A stretch of DNA of 57,039 nt from Octopus bimaculoides (lineage: Eukaryota). The DNA is taken from assembly GCF_001194135.2 (NCBI RefSeq), contig NC_068984.1, forward strand, positions 111,696,656 to 111,753,694. Reading direction: 5' to 3'. A program made the translations under genes and the position numbers. The notes under the pieces were generated by a model, which was given only the letters and a program-made list of their open reading frames with translations, did no database searches and was not told the DNA's origin. This document shows positions 48,697 to 57,039 of this stretch, one piece after another (the stretch's first letter is position 1; each line of letters opens with the position of its first letter).

Positions 48697-48972
48697 GCCA
48701 GTGACATATAAAAAGTACCATTCAAACGTGGTCAATACCAGTGCCCCTAACTGGCTCCCATGCCAGTGGCACGTAAAAAGCACCATCCGAACATGGTTGA
48801 TGCCAGTACCTCGTGAATGGCTCCCATGCTGGTGGTGTGTAAAAAACACCATCTGTAGAAACCTTGCCAGGTCAAATTGGAGCCTGATCAGCCTACTGGC
48901 TTGCCAGCCCTCAGTCAAACCGTCCAACCCATGCCAGCATGGAAAATGGACGTTAAACAATGTTGATGATGT
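48697..48972 (+). mobile_element. RTE 3'-UTR-type repeat with internal tandem units
   Basis: Three G(T)GGCAC(G)TAAAAA(G)CACC-type units, then CCAACCCATGCCAGCATGGAAAATGGACGTTAAA. Confidence 0.8.
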
Positions 48973-48991
48973 TGAAGGAGAGTGAGATGTG

Positions 48992-49043
<52 letters not shown>

Positions 49044-49953
49044 GATATACATGAGGTTTAGCAATGAATGGGTAAACAGAACTCAAAACATAAGTATATA
49101 TATTTGACACATTTGATGAGTGCCACTGTTTGAGTCACTCTGTAACTTCCATCAATTAAATCACTTTTAATTATTTTTGTATGTATTTGTATAAATATAT
49201 TGGTCTTCAGTTCTCTCCCTGCACTCTCAGTTGCCCATATCTCTCTGATCTCTCTCTCTCACTTCTCTCTCTCTCTCTCTCTCTCTATCTTGTTTATTTC
49301 TTTTCCTTATTGCACATTATCATAACTGCAAAGGAAAGTTACCTGTTCAGTGCTTAACAAAAAATAAATTTAAAAAACAAAGAATGAAACATTGGCACCA
49401 CCACCACCATCAGCAACAACAACAACAACAATGAAGAAAAACAGCATTATCATGAGAAACAATATCAGCTTTCATCACCCTCATCAACAATACCGACAGA
49501 TCAACAACATCAAAGAGAACCCAAATATAACTTCATCCACATTCACAACAATATCACAGAGCTCGACATATCAGGAATATTTGGTTCTGTAATTATTCGA
49601 CAGTCATTCAATTGACTTCTTGTTCACATCACTTTGTCTGGTTCATTCCACGAGAAACTTTGCTGGCGCTACTTAGACAACACCAACCAATCAACAAGCT
49701 ATCTTAACTTGCACATACATACATACATACATAGACATGCTTGTACATGAGAATTTACGCACACTTTCTTGTACATATAGGCATAAAGGTAGATACATAT
49801 AGAAAAACTCTTACGTAGAGAGAAAGAGAGAGAGAGAGGTTCACAGATACACCTAAACACATACATGTGAATATTCAAACCCATAGATAGATTAACTGAT
49901 AGATATCATCCATGTGTGTGTATGTATTTGTGTATATGTATGCATATATACGA

Positions 49954-50025
<72 letters not shown>

Positions 50026-50299
50026 GTATATGCGTGTATGTGTAGAATAATTCAGGTAAAATGCTTGTATCATGCATTCAAAAGCTCTTATGCCATTGTT
50101 TGGCTACCACATGTTATTCTACAGTAGGATATTTGCCAGGGCTGGATACACATGTGGTATTCCTCTGTTCATAAGATTAATATAAGAATAACATAACACA
50201 AGGATGGAGGATATCATTCTTTAATTAAAGCCTGATATCCTGCATCATCTTGTATTATACTTATACCCATATGTATATGTATGTATATGAACATATATG

Positions 50300-50331
<32 letters not shown>

Positions 50332-50513
50332 AGTACAGTCTTTTATTCTTTTACTTGTTTCAGTCATTTTGATCATGGCCATGCTGGAGCACTACCTTAA
50401 AGAATTTTATTTGAAGAAATTGACCCCAAGACTTATTCTTTGTAGGCCTAGTACATATATATATATATATATATATATACATACATATTTATATAGATAT
50501 GCANNNNNNNNNN

Positions 50514-50548
<35 letters not shown>

Positions 50549-50699
50549 TATAGGTTATGAGTGATAGTGGTGTCAATTAGACCCAGAGGTTTCAGGTAAT
50601 GCTGAGTAAGTGTTGTGGATAGACCACAGTTAAGCTCCAGGTTCGGTGATTATGCAAAAAAGGGGTCCAACGTAGGTCATATATCAGCGAGTGAATATA

Positions 50700-50835
50700 G
50701 GATATACTTTTCGTAATGAGATAAAAAAAACCAAGGCTGTGTAAAATCCTGGAAACAGCTGTAAGACATTCGATTTATAAATGTTCTGTATTATACACAG
50801 CCTTGGTTTTTTATCTCATTACGAAAAGTATATCC
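50700..50835. mobile_element. Small foldback MITE with near-perfect ~43-bp TIRs and TA flanks
   Basis: GGATATACTTTTCGTAATGAGATAAAAAAAACCAAGGCTGTGTA versus its reverse complement ending at 50835; the arms differ only in A-run length. Confidence 0.7.
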
Positions 50836-52289
50836 TATGTATATGATGATATGTATATGCATATCTATGTAAATATGTATGTATATGTAAATGTATGCAT
50901 ATGTGTGTATTTGTATGTAGATGCTCGTGTGTGTGTATGTATATGTGTGTGACCAAGTTTAGGTACTTTGCTGAGTTCATGAAAATGGTTTTTGATTGAA
51001 ATGAAACTTAAACTGTATTCATTCCTTTAGTGTATCTCTGCAGAATTTCTATCAAATTTAGAGCCAGCACCAAAAGTTATGACATTTCATATATGAATAT
51101 ATCTGTGTAAACAATACAATCAAAGATAGAAAAATAGATAATTGGTGTATATGCATATTTCAGGAGTTATTGCTGTTTCATCAGAACCACATCCAATCCA
51201 TTGACTATCTACAAATACATTGCTTAAATAGCCACTAAGTTTCGTGGAATAACAGAATTGGATAGACCCAATTAAAATATTAGAGTCATCACCCATTATC
51301 CAAATACCAATTGAATAACTGTGAATAAGTAACTGAGAATCAAAGTAGGTTAAAAGCAACTATCTACTAATACAGTGTTAAAGACTCATTTTCCCATGCC
51401 ATCACTAACGTACATACATACATACATACACAAATACACCCCCCCTCCCCACACATATATAATATGTATTTTTGTATACACATACACACACGTACTTATA
51501 CATATGAGAAGCTTACATTTAAAACTGGTATAAGTGCATATTTGGTCAATTTCACGCTAACCATTAAAACACAATCTACTAGCTGCTAGCTTCACGCATA
51601 TGAAATTTTTTTCAGTCAAACTGAGATAGATGCCATATAGACAGTAGGCAAATCTTTGTCTTCCAATCAAAATCAGATATGTTCAAGTTCTTGCTTTAAA
51701 CAATTACTCAAAAGTCATTCTGATGCATATATCTGGTTTTGAAAGTAAGCTCTTCAATTATGTATTCACATATAATACATACCTACCTACATATGATGGA
51801 ATCTCCTCTCAATTTTGATGTCTGAAGGTCAAAACAACTGTTTTGAGTTTGTTTTCTTTTATTATTTCTTCTGATATCTATGTGACTTTGATCTAATGAG
51901 ACTTTAATCCTGCCAATGATTAAAAGAAATCCACAGACTGGATATGAGAGATGATAGTTTACAAAGTGGCTGGCATGTTAGGTCAAAACGTTTTCTCTAC
52001 TCTCTATCCTTTAAGACAATCCAGATATCTTAATCCATAGATTTTTTCTATGGATTTATATCGTTAACCTCCTATCATTATTATTCAATACAATCTTTTA
52101 AAATGATTCTGATTATTGTTATATGTTTCATGTGTTTATTAACTATGAATCTTTTTACATTATATATTTGTGGTTCAAAATTGTCCTTCATTGAAACACT
52201 ATTTCTCAGTGTTGAATATGTTTAGGGTTTAGTTGGCTTATGGCGGTTTTGTTTATATTCCATACATTGATACTTTGGGATTATCCTAA

Positions 52290-52620
52290 ACTTTCAGATT
52301 AGCATTGAGCTTGAACTTGTACCTTATCCATGGTCTTTCTTTGTTTCTCGTTCCATCATGGTGCTGGCTACACATAAGCACTCCTAGAATTCTGTTGTCA
52401 CTCATTCTGATGACATGACTAATTCATCTTAATAGGGATTGCAAAAGAAACGATTCAATACCACCAATTTTACACTTAGATATTAGGTCGATATTTGAAA
52501 TTCTGTTATTCAGACTGTAGTAACAAATGGTACAAAGACATCCCTTAAGAAAGACATCAAGTTTGTTAAGTTGAGATATTATTGGAAGAGAATGCAAGCT
52601 TCTGATCTACATGGATGAGT
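52290..52620 (-). pseudogene. Second, more decayed RTE-clade LINE fragment
   Basis: Minus strand: LDVFLKGCLCTIC..NNRISNIDLISKCKIGGIESFLLQSLLR*ISHVIRMSDNRILGVLM..HDGTRNKERPWIRYK, matching the RTE post-RT region. Confidence 0.7.
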
Positions 52621-52670
52621 AAATACGATTACAGCTCTTGGTCAGTCTTGAGTGCTATTCATACGTAACC

Positions 52671-52721
<51 letters not shown>

Positions 52722-52729
52722 ATGTGCAA

Positions 52730-52930
52730 AAACGTTTGCACACTGGGCGAAATGCTTAGCAGTATTTTGTCTGCCGTTACGTTCTGAGTTCAAATTACAC
52801 CAAGGTCGACTTAGGGGTTCATAAATTAAGTACAAGTTACGCCCTGGGGTCGATGTAATCGACTTAATGCCTTTGTCTGTCCTTCTTTGTCCCCCCTATG
52901 TTTAGCACCTTGTGGGCAATAAAATAAGAT
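52730..52930 (+). mobile_element. SINE family B, tail T1
   Basis: GGGCGAAATGCTTAGCAGTATTT...CCCCCTATGTTTAGCACCTTGTGGGCAATAAAA. Confidence 0.8.
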
Positions 52931-53019
52931 AGATAGACAAGTAGGTATGTAGGTGGTAGCTAGATGGATAGATAGATAACAATCATACATACATGCACAC
53001 ATATAAGCATATGCACACA

Positions 53020-53063
<44 letters not shown>

Positions 53064-53794
53064 CATGTACACACAAACACATATTCACTGAATTGTTTTT
53101 GTATTAGTGCATGGGGGAGAATGCTCAATGGTATATATTTCAACCTTCCGAGTTCAAATCTCACCAAAGTCTGTTTTGCCATTCATTCTTTCAGGGTCAA
53201 CAAAGAAGTATTTATCCAGGGTGATGTATCAACACATTTTTCACGGGTTGGATGAGATATTTTAGAGTATTTGTTATGGATTCTCACAGCATAGCAGAAG
53301 TGTCTGCAATGACAAGAGTACAGAGTTGCATCGTTTAGCCACTTTTTCTTTGAATAAACATCAGTCATGAAGAGAGGAAAGACTAGCATGTATGCACAAC
53401 TATTAGTCTTTCTAGAAAGAACTGTCCAGACCTGTGCATACAAGTGCAGGTGCATGCCCAATCAACTCTGGATATGCAAGAACATATAAGTATAATGGAC
53501 ATATTGCACTAATGTTTCACTCGTGCTTCTTGTCTATACATTTCGAAAGAGTATTTATGTTGTTAATGCTGTTGACATTGTTGGATGGAGTGGTACTGCC
53601 CAGGGGTTGAAACAGTAACGACATCTGAGAATCAGCTGATGATGGATGTATATGTTTGATGTGCTTGTTGAGTAGTGAGTCTTTTTATAGCTTGTGTTTT
53701 TGTGGTTCTAAATTGTCCTTCATTGAAATGCTAATTCTCATAGGGTTGTACTTGTTCAGGGGTTCTTTGGCTTATGGTGTTTTGTTGTGAAATC

Positions 53795-54157
53795 GGAATG
53801 GCACCTGTGCCCAGTGTCGCCTTTCTGGCACTTGTGCCCATGACATGTGTAAGGATTTTCGAGCGAGATCGTTGCCAGTGCCCCTGGACTGGCTCTTGTG
53901 CGGGTGGCACATAAAATACACCATTTTGAACGTGGCCGTTGCCAGTACCGCCTGACTGGCCTTTGTGCCGGTGGCACATAAAAAGCACCCACTACACTCT
54001 CTGAGTGGTTGGCGTTAGGAAGGGCATCCAGCTGTAGAAACTCTGCCAAATCAGATTGGAGCCTGGTGTAGCCATCTGGTTTCACCAGTCCTCAGTCAAA
54101 TCGTCCAACCCATGCTAGCATGGAAAGCGAACGTTAAACGATGATGATGATGATGAT
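53795..54157 (+). mobile_element. RTE 3'-UTR-type repeat with internal tandem units
   Basis: Units at ~53830, ~53905 and ~53970; GGCGTTAGGAAGGGCATCCAGCTGTAGAAAC; tail with (GAT)n. Confidence 0.8.
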
Positions 54158-54991
54158 ATTGTGGGATTGTCCTAAAGTCATTCGTGTGGATTCTAATTCT
54201 GGTATGGGTAATACTTGCTTAAGTGTTTCTAGTTTATATATATATTCTGTTGCATATATGTGTATTGGTACCAACGAAGATATGAAATACATAGATATGC
54301 ATGAGATAAGCACAGATGCATCTCCCTATAATAGAATCACACACATATATGGGTATGTATGTATGTATGTATATTTATCTAACTATACATATATAAAGAG
54401 TGAAAAAATAAAAGAATAAAGATACACACTTGCAGATGATACGCACGCCTACACACACAAATATGCACCCAAACAATACACTTCTCCTGCTTGTTGTCTT
54501 TTTGAAAACTCAAAATAATTTAAATATAAGACTGAAGGCTAAAATTATAATATTTCTGAATGCTACTCTAAAGTTTCTCTTTTTAACTCCTTCTTACCAT
54601 CTCTCTCTCTCTCTCTCTCTCTCATACATATGCACACACACATATACATATATACATATTCACACATGCAATATGCCTCATTTATCATTGAAGTCGTATT
54701 TAATTTTTATTAAAACTATTGATGTGATTTGTTTACTTGGAGTATTTAATTGGATGAGATTGAATTTTAGAGATGAGTTTTTTTTTGTCTTTTTTTTTAT
54801 AATCAATTTACATTTTTATATCAGCAATAATTATCTTTGTTTATTAAAGATTTCAATTTTAAGAAAAATATAAGAAATATTTTTTTATTCTTTTTAAACA
54901 AAGACTTCTTCCTACACCATATTCTTCAATATTTTATGTACATCAAAGGAAGTGTGCAATCTAGAAAAGGGTTTATAGATAAATTGATATA

Positions 54992-55203
54992 CAGGGTGTC
55001 CACAAATTCTGGGTACATGGGGATTAACACATACTTTAAGACATTATTATTTCTCATATTTAATTGTTTATGTTATGATTTTATTTACTCCATGTACCCA
55101 CAAGGGAATTAACACATACTTTAAGAACTTATTATTTCTTATATTTAATTGTTTATGTTATGATTTTATTTACTCCATGTACCCGGACCTTGTGGACACC
55201 CTG
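54992..55203. mobile_element. Second 212-bp copy of the same MITE
   Basis: CAGGGTGTCCACAAATTCTGGGTACATGG...CCATGTACCCGGACCTTGTGGACACCCTG; TA TSD at 54990-91 and 55204-05. Confidence 0.9.
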
Positions 55204-55453
55204 TATATATTATATAACTTGGTATAAGATGAGACAAAAATTTATAATTTACATCAACATAATAAATACATACAACGTAAAATTGCATCAAGACAAGGAA
55301 CATACCAATATATTATTTTGAATAGAAATAAGAGTTATATGAGGTAGAAATATACGTGAAAAGGATAAATAAATAAAGAGTGATATATCGATTAAAAATC
55401 ATATTAAATTTAAGGTTAACAAACATTGAATTAAGGAATAAAAGATGCATCGG

Positions 55454-55492
55454 GAGTGGATTTGGTAGACAAAAACTGAAAGAAGCCCATCG

Positions 55493-55531
<39 letters not shown>

Positions 55532-55730
55532 CTTTGTGTCTTTGTTTGTCCTCCTGCCATTGCTTGACAACTGATGTTGGTTTGTTTATGTCCCTGCAAC
55601 TTAGTGGTTTGGCAAATGCGACTGACAGAATAAGTACCAGGCTTATGAAGTATAAGTGCTAGGGTTGATTTCTTCAGCTAAATGGTGGTGCTCCAGCAAG
55701 GCCGCAGTCAAACAACTGAAACAAAGAAAA
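55454..55730 (+). mobile_element. SINE family A, 5'-truncated
   Basis: GAGTGGATTTGGTAGACAAAAACTGAAAGAAGCCCATCG, (TA)(TG)n, tail. Confidence 0.8.
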
Positions 55731-55747
55731 AAGAAAAAAGAAAAAAT

Positions 55748-56045
55748 TGGCAGCAAGCTGGCAGAAACGTTAGCACGCCGGGCGAAATGCTTAGCGGTAT
55801 TTTGTCTGCTGCTATGTTCTGAGTTCAAATTCTGCCGAGGTCGATTTTGCCTTTCATCCTTTTAGGGTTGATTAAATAAGTACCAGTTACTTACTAGGGT
55901 CGATATAAACGTTCAAATTCTACTAAGGTCGACTTTGCCTTTCCCCCATTCAGGGTCAATAAATTAAGTACTAGTTGGAAATTAGTGTCAATCTAATCGA
56001 CTGATTCCCTCCCCAAACAATTTTGGGCCTTGTGCCTAGAGAAAA
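55748..56045 (+). mobile_element. SINE family B with duplicated core, tail T2
   Basis: Two successive GTTCAAATTCT..AGGTCGA.TTTGCCTTTC segments (55820 and 55910). Confidence 0.75.
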
Positions 56046-56755
56046 AAGATTATTTTCCTCCCTACAAATGTCTGCCACTGGTTTTTCATGCACTGACAAA
56101 CCTCTACCTGTTGCATTGGGTGTCCCATTCACCCCCACCAGTCAAAGACTTTCAATGATTTCAGGAGAACCAATAAATACTCCAAGAATTTTCAAAATGA
56201 CTAGAAATTGCCTACAAGCAAGTCTGTATGAGAAACAATTCATTAGTTTAAGGACGTCATTAACCCACTAAGTTATAATTGTTGACATAAAAACATAGAA
56301 AGTTAAATAAACATTGAAAATTACAATAACAGATTCTCCAGACAAGTAGAAAGAAGACTGAGAAGATGAAGGAGAGGAGGGAGAAGGAGGAGTAGAAAGT
56401 TGTGGTGGTGGTGGTGGCAGTAGTGGAAAAGGAAAGAAGGGAGTATAGGAGAGGAAACAGGAGGAGGAGGAGATGAGAGAAATGAAAAGACAAAAGCATA
56501 ACAAAAAACAGATGCCAGTAACCGATTTTTCTGTTTTAATTATTGGAACCCAGAATAGATTTTAAATATGCTGTCTTTGTTGTTACCACATTTTTTTGTT
56601 TAAACATTAGAGCCTATCGAATTATATAAATGCTATGGTTATTATATAACTCTAGCTTCGAAAGAAATACAATTTGGAATGGCTAAAGTAGTAGACTTTC
56701 TTGGTATTTGAATGTGATAACATTTTGGCATTGTGTTTCAGTTTTTGCCAATACA

Positions 56756-56789
<34 letters not shown>

Positions 56790-56790
<1 letters not shown>

Positions 56791-57039
56791 TGAGACCCCC
56801 TTTGTTCATGACTGACCATGGGATTACTCCTAGAAAATTATCCTCCCAGGCACAAGTCCGGCAAGGTTGTTTATAGAAGGTTAGCAGTCACCCATGCATA
56901 CCGGCCACTCCTCTCCATACCACCAGTGTTATCCAAAGAAAGGCAAAGGGCAATACAGCTTGGCATCTGTGACGTCGCAGTTCATTTCTACTGCTGAGTG
57001 AACTGGAGCAACATGAAATAAAGTGTCTTGCTCAAGAAC
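56790..57039 (-). mobile_element. SINE family C, tail C1, cut by the window end
   Basis: Closely matches 40817-41065. Confidence 0.85.

Noticed and set aside
56023-56271. 82-aa ORF (MGLVPREK...)
   Set aside because: It starts inside a SINE B tail, has no AG acceptor at the unique part, and matches no recognisable domain.

Overview
This is repeat-dominated, AT-rich animal genomic DNA from a gapped draft assembly. It has nine N gaps, each touching a (TA)n run. The SINE families resemble those I recall from Octopus, so a cephalopod origin is inferred but not verified. I find no intact recognisable protein-coding gene, rRNA, tRNA gene or CRISPR array; almost every ORF in the track is a microsatellite artefact or a transposon remnant. 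Retroelements present: three tRNA-derived SINE groups (called A, B, C here) with swapped 3' tails; RTE-clade LINE remnants; several R4/Dong-like RLE retrotransposon 3' ends embedded in (TAA)n; and Penelope-like elements, one flanked by ~260-bp direct repeats. Two minimal type I hammerhead-ribozyme motifs sit in Penelope-type termini. DNA elements present: a decayed mariner carrying a nested dimeric MITE; hAT and piggyBac-like MITEs with visible TSDs; and a Helentron/HINE-like element. There is also a local direct-plus-inverted templated duplication. A few isolated host-exon candidates exist but are weak. No wholly new system is demonstrated. The best leads are the hammerheads, the (TAA)n-targeted retroelement stacks, and SINE domain shuffling.
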